Part shown: positions 13,745 through 26,138 of the stretch, in pieces
Numbering within the stretch: the stretch's first letter is position 1
Layout of the letters: each line of letters opens with the position of its first letter
NCBI GenBank assembly: GCA_951406725.2
Contig: OX597818.1
Location: forward strand, 105,586,001-105,650,000
From: Octopus vulgaris
Taxonomy: Eukaryota
DNA: 64,000 nt
Direction of reading: 5' to 3'
Notes under the pieces: generated by a model
Told to the model about the DNA's origin: nothing
Databases searched by the model: none
The model's input: the letters and a program-made list of their open reading frames with translations, nothing else
Translations under genes and position numbers: made by a program

Positions 13745-16700
13745 GATTTGTTTTGGCTCTTTACATTCTAAGTGCAAATCCTGTCTCAACTTTACCTTTC
13801 ATCTTTCTGTTGTCAATGAAATAAAATACCAGTCAAGTATTGGTATTGTATTACCTGTTTGCTGATCTGTGCCATTATGCAGTGGGCTTGCATGGCACTG
13901 TAGAGCTCCAGATCACTGTTCAGCCAAGGGTCTCTATTGAAATGTAAAGTGATATATCAGTTACAACACACATCTTATCATTCACTCATAAGCTGTCAAA
14001 ATCCTGTTGATATCTGATTGATAGCTAACAAGGGAAATTTTCCTTCATACTTGTCTAGTTATATTAAAGATGTTCTGCATTCTCTCATTAATGTCTCTGC
14101 TTAATATCACTGTCCTGTTTAATTTCTGTTTTTTTACCTAACTAATTTAGTGCAAGGTTCTTATTTTATCTTTTATCATTCCTTTCTAGAATATGAATTA
14201 GAGGTTAGTTAGAAAATTTTATACTAAGGGGATACTGTCTATATAAACAGTTATAGTTTATCAGGGTCAGAATGCTGTTATGTGGCAGATATGAAGCACA
14301 TATACACACACTCCCTTTTCCTCACTCCTCTCTCTCTCTCTCTCTCTTAAGTAGACCCTATTAAAAGAGATAAAAAGAAAAGAAAAAACAAAAAAGGGAA
14401 AGAAGTAGTTTATCAGTCTGTAGTTTCCTGATGTTTCTGTGTTCTCTTCGAGCAGTAACCACTCAGAATTTTGATTATGGTCTCTGAAGTCATTAACTGA
14501 ATGTTGTACTCTAGCTTTGCATGGTCATGTATACTGGTTAATAATGTAACGAGAAATTGGAAATTTTATCAGTTCCATTTGCTGGCAGTCTTAATTGTAT
14601 TTATACATTCTCCACAAGATAGGCTGATTCTGTTGTTATTGTACTTTTCTTTCTTTTTTCTTACATATACTATATTGTTTTGTTTTTTATTATATTGTGT
14701 ATTTCTCTTTCCATATGTCCTCCCAGTACGATTGAATTATTATTATTGTCAGTGTCTCCTCAGTGACCTGAGATAGGTTAGATGACTCTGCTTCCTTACA
14801 GATTGCACACTATATACATTGACATTCACACATATTTTGCCATCAGTTTTCTGAAGCGGAAGTGAAGGAAGAACGCACTCAAGCTTTTGTTATATTTCAG
14901 TTTTTCTTAAGAATCTTTCTATAGCAATGACTTCACCTATTATCTTTTATCTTGTTTCAGTCATCTGACTGTGGCCATGCTGGGGCACTGCCTTGAAGTT
15001 ATCAATCCCACTACTTATGTTTTAAAACCTGGTATTTACTCTATTGGTCTCTTGTGCTGAACTGCTAAGTTAAAGGGATGTAAGCATACCAGTACCAGTT
15101 GTCAAGTGGTGGTAGGGGGAAAACACACACACAAAAAACACAAGTACACACACACACACACACACAATGGGGTTCTTTCAGTTTCCATTTACCAAATCCA
15201 TCCACAAGGCTTTGGTCAGCCTGAGGTTATATCAGAAGACACTTGCCTAAGGTATCACACAGTGGGACTGAACCTGGAACCATGTGGTTGGGAAGCAAGC
15301 TTCTTACAGGAGAGAGCAATATGTTGAATAAAATCATAATTAACTGATCTTCCCATGTTTTCTGTTCAGAGGGGCCACAAGTCTGGCACTCAATGCTAAT
15401 GTCTGTTAACAACAAGTCACAGTATACATTAGCATTGAGTGCCAGACTTGTGACCCCACTGAACTGCCCAGTGTACTCATACTTTAAGATGACACTGTGC
15501 ACATGTGTTGTTTAATAAGGAAAACTCAATGGCCCAATGGATATAAATTTACTTTTGATTAAATTATACAATAATTCAGTGGGACATCTATATTTATTTT
15601 TTAAGTAAATTAATCATGCATTGTAATTGTATGAGATACATGTAAATTGACTTTTAATTAATGTTAATTGTAGATTGTCTTATGTAAAAATAATTAGGTG
15701 AATTTGCTCACATGTAACAGACTGTGGTCATGCTGGGCTACCACTTTGAATAATTTTAGTCAAACAAATTGACCCCATTACTTATTTTAGTATTTATTCT
15801 ATTGGTCTCTTTTGTCAAATCACTGAGTTATGGCGACATAAATACACCAACACTAGTTGTCAGTCAGTGGTGGAGACTAACATAGACACAAAGACAAACA
15901 CACACACACATGCAATGGGCTTCTTTCAGTTTTTGTCTACCAAATCCACTCACAAGGCTTTGATCAGCTTGAGACTATAGTAGAAAACACTTGCCCAAGG
16001 TACCATGCAGAGGGACTGGACCCAGAATCAAATGGTTGGCAAGCAAGCTTCTTACATACCTGTAAGTTTCTATGTACTATACATGAATCAATGAAATCTC
16101 TATGTAGTCATTTGACCTACAAAAATTAGCAGCTAAATCTCCTCCAAGTTTTACCATACCACCTTAAATGGGTTACTGGAACAACATTTGTCGTTTATGT
16201 TTAATTGTTCATTTGACTACCTGTATCTGCATGTTATAAGTCTGTTCAATCACGAATGTCCTGGAGGTGACACAACAACAACAATAACACACTAAGCATT
16301 ATAACATTGCTTTTTATGGCATAGTTTTGTACAAAGGCTGTTTTGATTTCATTCACATAAATTTTATTTTCTGACTGATAATATTTTTGTTTTTGTGATG
16401 TGGTGTTTTTGCCATTATCAATAGATCACAAGTTTTACTATAATTGACCAAGATTTTTTTGTCCTATATTGTTTATTATTTTGGTCATAGACAACGGAAG
16501 CACCATGTATCGTCTATATTTCAGTTGACTTTTAAATTTCTACCTAAAAAAAATCAATTATGTATAAAACCAAGAAATCAAGCACTAAAAGATCAATCAG
16601 TTGTGAACAATACAAATATATATTCTTTTGAATCAAGAACCCATTATTGTAAACTATTATTTTGTAATGATTATCAAATAAAAACTATCTATCTATATGG

Positions 16701-17699
16701 ATATTTAAAAACAAAATATTTTTAATGACTCAGAAGATGAAAAGAAGTGCCCATAAATTTTCTGGGGTCTCAGTGACTGGGGAAGAAATGGTGGAGATTA
16801 TCTTTAGATTGGAGACTTTTACAACAGATTGGACTTGGCTAAAAGCATCTAAGGTCCAGAGGGTGGTGTTAAACTAGACCTTCTGCATCATTTCCCATCA
16901 TCATCATTGCCGTCACCACCACCACCACCACCACTGCTGCTTTCGTCATCATCATTATCTATTTAACCGTTTATGTCCTTAAGGATAACTCTTTTGAGTC
17001 AGTGCCATTTTATTTTGGTGGTTTTACCATTCCACCCAGAAGATTGTACTTTTCTATAATGGTGGTTATGGTAGGATTTTGAACACAGAATGCAAAGAAC
17101 TGGAAAATAAACCACAAAGCATCGTGTTTGGTACCATAGCAATTCTGTTTATCTACTGTTCTGAAATTATACTTTTTTTTATTGACCACAAAAGGAGGAA
17201 AAGCAAAGTCGACCTTGGTGGGATTTGAACTCAGAGAACAGAAAGCTGGAACAAAAACCCAAAAGGTATTAAATGTGATGCTCTAATGACTCTGCCAATT
17301 CAATGTATTATGTCTACTACCTATGTGTAGTTTAGTGGGATTCCTCACAGTTTTTTTCTATCCAAGTTCTCTCTCACAAAGATTTGGTCAACTAGAAGAC
17401 ACTTGTCTAACATTACCATGCAGTGAAGTTGAACTTGGAACCATGTGAATGTAATGCAAAATTTTTAAACATGTAGTCATGCCAATTCGTTATTGGTAGT
17501 CTTTTGAAATAACCCTGGACTTGTACAGACAGTGTTGAGTTTATGATCAACACTTCGGACCAGTTTTAATGAAGCAAAGCTATGATCAAAGGCATTTAAA
17601 TTATGGCCATCGTGAATTTTTTTTCTTATTTTTGTTTAGGTGGTAGACTACATAGTCCATTATGATCTTGATTTTTTTAAAGACTGTTGCATGTGATTT

Positions 17700-17910
17700 G
17701 AAAAGATTTAGAAATGTAGTGGGAAATAGAAGGCTTAAGGCCTCAGATTTAGGAAAGAAGGGAAAAGTAAAGGCTGAAGGCTTGTGGTTTAGGAAAGCAG
17801 GAGGAAACAGGTTTGGAGCTTCAGATTTAGGAAAGAAAACAGAATATGAAAGCTCAAGAAAAGTGAGAAAGAGAAGGTTCAAGGTTTCAGTTCTAGGTAA
17901 AAGTTGGGAA
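17700..17910 (+). repeat. Degenerate purine-rich tandem repeat
   Basis: Recurring (TCA)GATTTAGGAAAG / GGTTTAGGAAAG units; accounts for the chance ORFs on both strands. Confidence 0.6.
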
Positions 17911-18639
17911 AGAGAATGCTGTAATGTCTATATCTTATATGATGCTTTTATAGCATCAGTGAAAGGAACTGGCTTTAAATGGGAATTGAAACTGGATTGC
18001 CATGTCACTTCTCCAAAAGCTTTACCTTATTGCTCTATCAATGACATTGTTCATCAATGTTATTTAATATTGATTTTTATTTTATTGCAATCATGATAAA
18101 TGTTGCTGGATTTGGGACATAACTCACTGGATTGACTTTAGTACACAACTGACTGTAGTTGAGTCTATGTAATAGCTTGAGCTGCTTTATGTAACAGTGA
18201 CATCCTTTCAAATTAAAACAAAATGTAACAAAACCATCAGATAATGTAGTCTTATTTACTCTTCAAAATCTGGGATGGGTCATGGCTGGAATGCCTTTGA
18301 GTATAAGTCTACTGACCTGTAACAAAAGACTGACAACAGTGACTGATTCTTGTTTTAATAATCCCGGAGCTGATATAATCCTGTTGAGCTTTGAACTCAG
18401 AGCACGGAACTATTTTTTCTTATTCTCCCACCACCACCACTACCACTACCACCATGACAATATTAAATAATTATTTCTTATTATAGTGCAATAAGTTAAA
18501 GGAGAAAAGCATTAGATAATAGCACAGACCCCTAAATATAATTTCCACTCCCACTACCACTGCTGGTTGGTACCATCTACTCTCAATAGATTGAATTACT
18601 GTTCTTATATATTTACTGTTACTTTATATTTGTCCAATT

Positions 18640-19020
18640 CTTGATATCCGTCCACAGAACACTTGCATTTTTTTCCCTACTCTTCCACCTTTCTCATTCA
18701 TTTTGTCTATTAAAAATCTCTGAAGACTATGTTTTCAAATAAATGTCCAAAGCATCTAAGTTTTCTCTCTTTGATGGTGTCTAATAAAAAATTTTCTTAG
18801 CTTTTGCCATTCATAGTACTTCTCCATTGGTTTTGTATTCTGTCCATTATATTCTCTAAAGTTTTCTATTATGTCCATATCTATTTGATAGTATTTCAGC
18901 TAATGCTCATATTTCAACTCAGTGTAATAGAGAGAACTACACATAGCATTTTAATAATCATTTTCTGATTTTGATATTAATGTTTCTTGATTTTAATATA
19001 TTTGACATTTTTTTTTCAGA
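18640..19020 (-). mobile_element. Decayed RTE-like LINE 3' coding remnant
   Basis: Minus strand gives a frameshifted LDTIKERKLRCFGH, matching the RTE C-terminal 'IK.RKL.YFGH' motif; heavily decayed. Confidence 0.45.
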
Positions 19021-20593
19021 TGACTTCCAGCTATCTCAGTCATTTTGATTTCTGTCAGAACCACTAGTGTGTCAGGCAAAATATTTTGTAGATTTATTCA
19101 AACTATTGACATTTTGAGTTTAAATCACACCAGGGTCAACTTTGCTTATCGTCTCTCTGAGGTCAGGGAAATAGAGTACCAGTCATGTACAGAAGTCAAC
19201 ATAATCAACTATCCCTCCCCACCCCTTCAAAATTCCTGGTTTTGTGCTTAAATTGGAAACAGTTGTTGCATATATCCCAATAAATATCTTTGGTGTCTGT
19301 TAAATTGGCTTTCCCTCAATTGTAATATTGATTTCAAGTGACTTCTTTCTTGCTGATTATCATTGATTTAACTTTCTTTACAGTAATTGCCACTCTATAA
19401 GACATTTCTTTGTCACATACCATTGTTACAAGGTTTCTCTTGGTCATCTTTGTTGAAACTATATAACTAAGCACTAATTTATTCACTTTGGAAGGATAAA
19501 AGATAAAATCAACTTCAGCAAGTTATGAGCTGACAAAAATTGAACTAAACTTTCTATTGTTTTCCCCTTTCCCCATTCTTTATTATTACTACAGGATATA
19601 TATTACAGTATAGTACATTATAGTGCAATTGATACAGTGAGACTGAATGGTTAAGAAGTTCGCTTTACAATCATAGTCTTGGGTTTGATCCTAGTGCATG
19701 ACATCTTGAGTAAGTGTCATCTTCTATAGCCTCAGGCCAATTCATCCCTTGTAAATGAAACCAAGTCGACACATACTGTGGAAACGCCCATAGATGGATT
19801 GAACTTAGAATTTAAAGGTTTTGCCTTATCACACTGTGTTGCACTGGTTCTGCCTAAACCTAACATTAAGGGTACACATGTCTGTAGAATATGCAGCCAC
19901 TTACATTCTCATTCAATAAGCTTTATAGTTCAATTGATCAAACAACTGAAAATACATGGTTTGAAATTTTACCTGAAATCCATTAATTTTTACTATAATA
20001 CAGCTAATGTTTTACAATATCTACTACCATTTTTCATTGATCCATGTATAGATTCTATTATGGTTGTTGGTGTTGTTGTTTAGCTCCCGGTTAGTTCTGA
20101 TCAATCAGACATAAGATAAAAGGCTTTGCAGTTGATTGTGACTATTCCACTTTTTCTTTAAGGCCAAGTGTATCTAAGACTATTTTATCTAACATGTCCA
20201 TTTTATTCTGGAAATATAATTAGCTGAAATCCAAGGAGGGCCATGTGTTCCATCCCTGGACAACAGTGTGATGCATTGTATCTTTGAACAAGGCATTTCA
20301 TTTCACATTGTCCCAGTCTGTACATCTGTAATGATTACATTCAAGTGCTGGTGCTGCTCTCTCTCTCTCTCTCTCTCCCTCCTCTCCTCCCTTCAGCTCT
20401 CACATCCTTGATATTTCATGAGGTCAAGAGTGGAGAAGGTGTAGATATTTATTTACAATTGCATGAGCATCCAAAACAATTAGCAAAAGCATTCCACATA
20501 CACTTGTATGAGTGATAGCTAGCTGCACTTTGCTAGAAGTAACATCCAAATTTGCATGAACTGAAGGAAATGCAAAGCACACGCACACACACA

Positions 20594-20774
20594 CATTATT
20601 TATATATATATAGGCATAGGCATGGCTGCATGTTAAGAAGTTTGCTTCCCAACCACATGGTTTTGGGTTCAGTCCCATTGCATGGCACCTTGGGCAAGTG
20701 TCTTCTACTATATCCTCAGGCTGACCAAAGCCTTGTGAGTGGATTTGGTAGACAAAAACTGAAAGAAGCCTGTT

Positions 20775-20826
<52 letters not shown>

Positions 20827-20890
20827 ATGTGTGTGTGTGTATATATTGTCTGTGTTTGTCACCCACCATCGCTTGACAACAGATGCTGGT
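20594..20890 (+). mobile_element. tRNA-derived SINE with CORE-like central segment and internal microsatellite (representative of a family with many copies here)
   Basis: GGCATAGGCATGGCTG...GGGTTCAGTCCC (A/B-box-like), CACCTTGGGCAAGTGTCTTCTACTAT, GGATTTGGTAGAC..AAACTGAAAGAAGCC. Similar copies near 430-590, 5105-5215, 11415-11575, 14940-15310, 15720-16055, 43423-43570, 56805-56910, 59295-59450, 63720-64000. Confidence 0.8.
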
Positions 20891-21353
20891 ATATGGCAGT
20901 ATTGAAAGAGTGTGTATAGAGAAATAGATTGGAAGGTATCATGACAGAGACCTTTGTCTCTGGCCCTGGGCTGCTAATCTATTTCACATACCATCTGAAA
21001 AGCAAGATGGGGTTGGAGAGGAAAACCCTGATGTGGAGCTTGTATGAGAAATGATGGAAGGATGTGATGAGAAAGGTGGGTGTTAGTGACCCAACTTGAT
21101 CATCAATGAAGGAAGAAAGGAGAGTTGCTGGGCCTTACAGGCCGCCGGGTGTATGCTCCCAGTATGTAAATTTTAAAAAGGGACAGTTTTTAAAAAGTCA
21201 AATTAAATTGTATAAATTAATATAAAAAAATGTTTAAATTGTTCATTCAAACTCATAATAACATTTTCATGTAATTGTTTTGTCTTGTAATGTCCCATTC
21301 TATGTAAGATTGTATAATTGTAATGAAGAATTCACCTCTAGCTGAACAATTAT

Positions 21354-21398
21354 TCTGTGCTGATGAAGAGAAATAACCCAGAAATTGCGATACACAGA
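21354..21398 (+). ncRNA. Minimal type I hammerhead ribozyme (copy 1)
   Basis: TCTGTG-CTGATGA-A-GAG-aaataa-CCC-A-GAAA-TTGCGA-TA-CACAGA: stem I TCTGTG/CACAGA, intact CUGAUGA and GAAA boxes, near-palindromic stem III, AUA cleavage triplet ending 21392. Confidence 0.8.
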
Positions 21399-21706
21399 TA
21401 TTGTTTTGAGCTGATTTGGGGTGCTAGAGATCCTTGTTCAAAAATATAAGGACACAGATCATGTCATATAGCCAGCTGGAGACGATGTCTCCTGGGGCTA
21501 AATTACAGCAACATTCGTCCTAAACTAGGACTGCCATGTTATGTTGGCAAACTATCTTTACTACAAAGTACTGTTGCTGAATATCTCACATCGTGAGATT
21601 TAAAAATAATAATTTTCTAATTTATAAATCAGTGACTAATTGTCACTTTGAAAACTATATAATTTGAATGGGAATTTGGCAGCGCCACCTCTAACCAAAC
21701 AATTAT

Positions 21707-21751
21707 TCTGTGCTGATAAAGGGAAATAACCTGGAAATCGCGATACACAGA
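21707..21751 (+). ncRNA. Minimal type I hammerhead ribozyme (copy 2, G8A core mutation)
   Basis: TCTGTG-CTGATAA-A-GGG-aaataa-CCT-G-GAAA-TCGCGA-TA-CACAGA; perfect palindrome ATCGCGAT as stem III; core reads CTGATAA. Confidence 0.72.
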
Positions 21752-22766
21752 TATTGTTTTGAGCTGAGTGGGGGGTTCTTGATTTCTTTGTTCAAAAATA
21801 TAAGGACACAGATCGTGTTGTACAGCCAGCTGGAGACAATATCTCCTGGGGCTAAATTACACCAACATTCATCCTAAACCAGGACTGCCATGTTATGTTG
21901 GCAAACAATCTTTACTACAAAAGAATAAAAGTATATATATATATAAATACTATGTGAGGTATATTTGCCATCTCAATATGGCTATGGCAAATATACCTCA
22001 CATTGTCGTGCAGTTACTGTTTATACCTCGTTCAGAGATTTATTATTACTTATATATACTATGTATTTATGAAAAGAGTGGACATTGTCTCACAAGCATT
22101 TGTGCAGTCAAAAGTATTAGTAAATGTGATTGGATTGACCTGAAAATTTGCACACCTATGTTAAAAGTGCTGGGGAGTTTGCTCAATTGAAAGGCATGGC
22201 CTCTAGGGCAAAATCCTTCATCTTTAAAATGTGGCCCAAGTAGACCTGAATGAAATCGGGTTATATATATTATTATATATATACTCTGTAAAGTGGTTGA
22301 TTTTAGGAAGGGCATCCAACTAACTGCAGAAACCATGTCAAAGCAGACAGAATGGCTTGGTGCTGATCTCTGGTTAGTCAGTTCTTGTGAAACCATCTAA
22401 CACATGCCAGCATGGAAAATGGGCATTAAATTATTATGATGATGTATATACATACTTATATGTGTGTATGTATAGATATAAGCACAGACATGGCTGTGTT
22501 ATAAAGAATGTCAATTCCCAAACGTGCTGTTTACTTTAGTCCCTTGTGAGTAAATGTAGATTTACTGGACAGAAACTAAATGAATCCTGTTGTGTGTGTA
22601 TATATATTTAGAAGCTGAAAAACTTCACAAACTGTTTGTGAAGATTTTTTTACTTCAATAAAACACTATAATTGAGTCTACCTTTTGATATTTGGGTGCT
22701 ATTTTTTCCACCTTGCTTTACAGCTGTGTTCTCCTCTGTGTGTGTGTGTACATACATGCATGTATG

Positions 22767-22815
<49 letters not shown>

Positions 22816-23111
22816 CCATTTGAGCATGGCCATTGCCAGTACCGCCTGACTGGCCCTTGTGCTGGTGGCAGCATGTAAAAGCACCTACTACACTCTCAGA
22901 GTGGTTGGTGTTAGGAAGGGCATCCAGCTGTAGAAACTCTGCCAGATCAGATTGGAGCCTGGTGCAGCCATCTGGTTTGCCAGTCCTCAGTCAAATCATC
23001 CAACCCATGCCTGCATGGAAAGTGAGCATTAATGATGATGATATATATATATATATATATTTATTTTATCTAGTTTCAGCTCATGAGCTGTGGCCATGCT
23101 GGGGCACCGCC

Positions 23112-23164
<53 letters not shown>

Positions 23165-23273
23165 TATATAATTAAAATCAAAATGAGGATATTGGATATT
23201 AATTTAATAACATCAATTTAACACCAGTGGTTTAGCGCATAAAAAACTGAGATTCAGTAAATATTATTAATAC

Positions 23274-23527
23274 ACAAATATGAGAGAGAATCCACTATGT
23301 GGACGCCCTTACGCTAAATGAATTGTGTAAGTAAAATTGCATAATTTATTAACAGTGAAACAATTGTATGGGGTTAATCTATATTTTTGTTATTTTTCAT
23401 TTGTCCTGCTCGCTTACATTCATAGTGTGCTAAATTTTTCTTGAGAACAATTTTTAGTGGTTGAGACTCATGCAGATCTCTCTTTAGCGTAAGGGCGTCC
23501 ACATAGTGGATTCTCTCTCATATTTGT
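23274..23527. repeat. Perfect 45-bp inverted repeat with 164-bp spacer
   Basis: 23274-23318 ACAAATATGAGAGAGAATCCACTATGTGGACGCCCTTACGCTAAA is the exact reverse complement of 23483-23527. Confidence 0.95.
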
Positions 23528-23738
23528 AAACTGTAATTCCGCCCCAAGGTTGGTTCCAGGTGTGGTCTATGTATAAAAGAAAAACACAGGTGGGGCTTTC
23601 AATTTACTATACCTGTTCAGGTAGCATTTTATTGATGCATTCTGAGAGTAGATTATAGCATAAATCCGCCATCTGTTTATATGTGTTCAAAATTTTGAAC
23701 ACTTATAAACACTTATAAATAGGTGCAGGAGTAGCATA

Positions 23739-23864
23739 GGCGCAGGAGTGGCTGTGTGGTAAGTAGCTTGTGGTAAGTGTTTTCTGCTATAGCCCCGGGT
23801 CGACCAATGCTTTGTGAGTGGATTTGTCAGACGGAAACTGAAAGAAGCCTGTCGTATATATATG

Positions 23865-23910
<46 letters not shown>

Positions 23911-24092
23911 TGTATGTTTGTGTGTCTGTGTTTGTCCCCCTAGCATTGCTTGACAACAGTTCGGCAGAAAGAGACCGATAGAATAAGTACTGGGCTTACA
24001 AAGAATAAGTCCCGGGGTCGATTTGCTCAACTAAAGGCAGTGCTCCAGCATGGCCACAGTCAAATGACTGAAACAAGTAAAAGAGTAAAAGA
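23739..24092 (+). mobile_element. Young tRNA-derived SINE (same family as 20594) with (TG)n insert and AAAAGAGT tail
   Basis: GGCGCAGGAGTGGCTGTGTGGTAAG head, retained CpGs, 3' end CAGCATGGCCACAGTCAAATGACTGAAACAAGTAAAAGAGTAAAAGAG. Confidence 0.82.
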
Positions 24093-24414
24093 GAGGGAAG
24101 CTGAAACCTGAAGATGATCTATACACTAACTAACATGATGAACAAGTATTTTTTTTTACACACACACACAAACTCTCTCTCTCTTTCTCTCTTATCTCAA
24201 TGCATTTTTTATCTAATGGTTTACTGGAAGAATTTGTAATTTCAACCTGGAACATCATAATTTTAGCATGTTTGTTTCTGGATAGACAAAAAAAAACAAC
24301 TATACAAAACAAAAACTGAAATGAAAACATTAAAGATAACAAAACAAGCTATAACTTGACACTGCCAAACTGTTGTAGTTGACCTTCTAACACAACCAAA
24401 TATGTATCTGAGTA

Positions 24415-24468
<54 letters not shown>

Positions 24469-25139
24469 CACATAACAGCATAACCAAATTTAAGACATAA
24501 CTATATATCTAATAAATATGCAGCATATGATTATGCACACACAACTCAAATATCCAGACAAACAAACAAACAAGCATTCACAGTCAAATGTACTTACACA
24601 TATTAACAACATTGACTATCACTGGAACTTAGACTTTATGCCAGAACAGCATAATCTTATCTACATCGCACCAGGAAGGAATTACTATATCAGAAGTTTT
24701 TTTTATCTTAGTGTTGTTTAATGAAAGAAACAAATTTATGTAAAACATTAAAACATTTGATTTAGATTTTGTTTTCCTGATAAGATTTCAGATTTCAATT
24801 GAGCAAGCTAATGTTTTTAATTTAAATTTTAACTCTTTTCATTTCATCAATTTATTTAGTTACAATTCATATATAACTTGTATTTAAATAAAAGGTATTT
24901 CTATACATACATGTGTATGCATATGCTTGAACCTCAGAAACAAGGAACATGTAGCAATGGTAGGGAAGAATTCTATGTTATCACATCACTTTGGCATGAA
25001 ACACTTGTCTCTTGAGTCACTGATGTAGTTTCATAGCTATAAATAATATATATATTATGTTTTGATGACTTCTAGCTTCTATGCTAGTGTAGGTTGGATG
25101 GATGGTTTGACATTGTTTTATATATATATATATAGCTTC

Positions 25140-25323
25140 TGCATGCATTTTTTTCTCTCCTTGTTTCTTTCCGTGTTTCTTTTCTGTGTATCTTTCTGTT
25201 GAAGAGCATAGGCTTGAAACATAAAAGACTTGTTTTATTTATATTCCTGAGCGCCATACTAATACAATTGTTTGTTTGTATTCCACCTGCCTTCGTCTTT
25301 TGTTTATTTTCATAAAGCTTCCC

Positions 25324-25370
<47 letters not shown>

Positions 25371-25510
25371 ATCCAAACATGAAAGCACAAAAAAACACAA
25401 CAACGTGAGGACGTGGAACAATTATAGTATTATTTAATACTAACGTTTCGAGTGGAGCTCTTCGTCGGAAACATAAGAGAAGGAAAGATCCAGAGAAGGG
25501 AAGACAGAGG
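25140..25510. mobile_element. Two short Penelope-pLTR-like elements tail-to-tail around a (TA)n tract, each with a variant hammerhead motif
   Basis: Plus 25191-25228 TCTTT-CTGTTGA-A-GAGC-atag-GCTT-GAAAC-ATA-AAAGA; minus 25441-25472 CCGACGA-A-GAG-ctcca-CTC-GAAAC-GTTA. Related copies at ~59570-59735 and ~44243-44347. Confidence 0.6.
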
Positions 25511-25526
25511 ATATATATATATACAT

Positions 25527-25774
25527 AGTGGTTGTCTACTCTTTATGCAGAGTTTGATACCCTCTTGTACTTAAACTTTAGATCCATCATGGCATCTAAT
25601 GTGGCTTTTTAAACCAGACAATGTATTGAAAAGACACCCACATAGATTGCATATCTGATTTGGACCACCAAGAGCTGCAGTTAAGTTCAAATCTTTGTGA
25701 ATCTTAAAATGTCTTTTGAGACGTCCATTAGATTTGCAGACCTTATGACATACACAGCATTGAAAGGTGTGCAC
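25527..25774 (-). mobile_element. Probable 5'-truncated LINE 3' end encoding two C2H2 zinc fingers
   Basis: ORF 25571-25774: CCVCHKVCKSNGRLKRHFKIH and CNLCGCLFNTLSGLKSHIRCH, stop, then ~45 nt ending in a (TA)n tract; bounded by microsatellites on both sides. Confidence 0.6.
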
Positions 25775-26073
25775 AGATATATATAGGTAGAGTAGTTTGT
25801 GAAGGTTGGTTTTTCATAGGTTGACAAATGAGATTTTAGCCTGACAAAAGAAGGGCATGGTCTGTCATATATACATGTATATATATGTGTTTGTGTGTGT
25901 TTTAATAACACCTATGAGGTGCTTTTTTCATTTACTAAAGTGAATGGAGCCTTGGGTAAGAGGAAGTGATGTCATCAGACAGTATCCAACATTCATCGGG
26001 TCAGCAGAGATGGCCAAGTCACTGTTCCTTCTGGCTTCCCACTTAACTCCACTCACTTGCTCTCTCTCTCTCT

Positions 26074-26138
<65 letters not shown>

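Larger units (their letters stand above)
21333..21920 (+). repeat. Tandem direct repeat (~235-bp shared segment, 353-bp period) with a hammerhead motif in each copy; retrozyme/Penelope pLTR-like
   Basis: 21333-21566 aligns closely with 21686-21920 (e.g. CAATTATTCTGTGCTGAT, GATACACAGATATTGTTTTGAGCTGA, GGACTGCCATGTTATGTTGGCAAAC). Confidence 0.92.

Noticed and set aside
17662-18096. 144-aa Lys/Arg-rich ORF with repeated ASDLGK
   Set aside because: Explained by a degenerate purine-rich tandem repeat; no splice or homology support.
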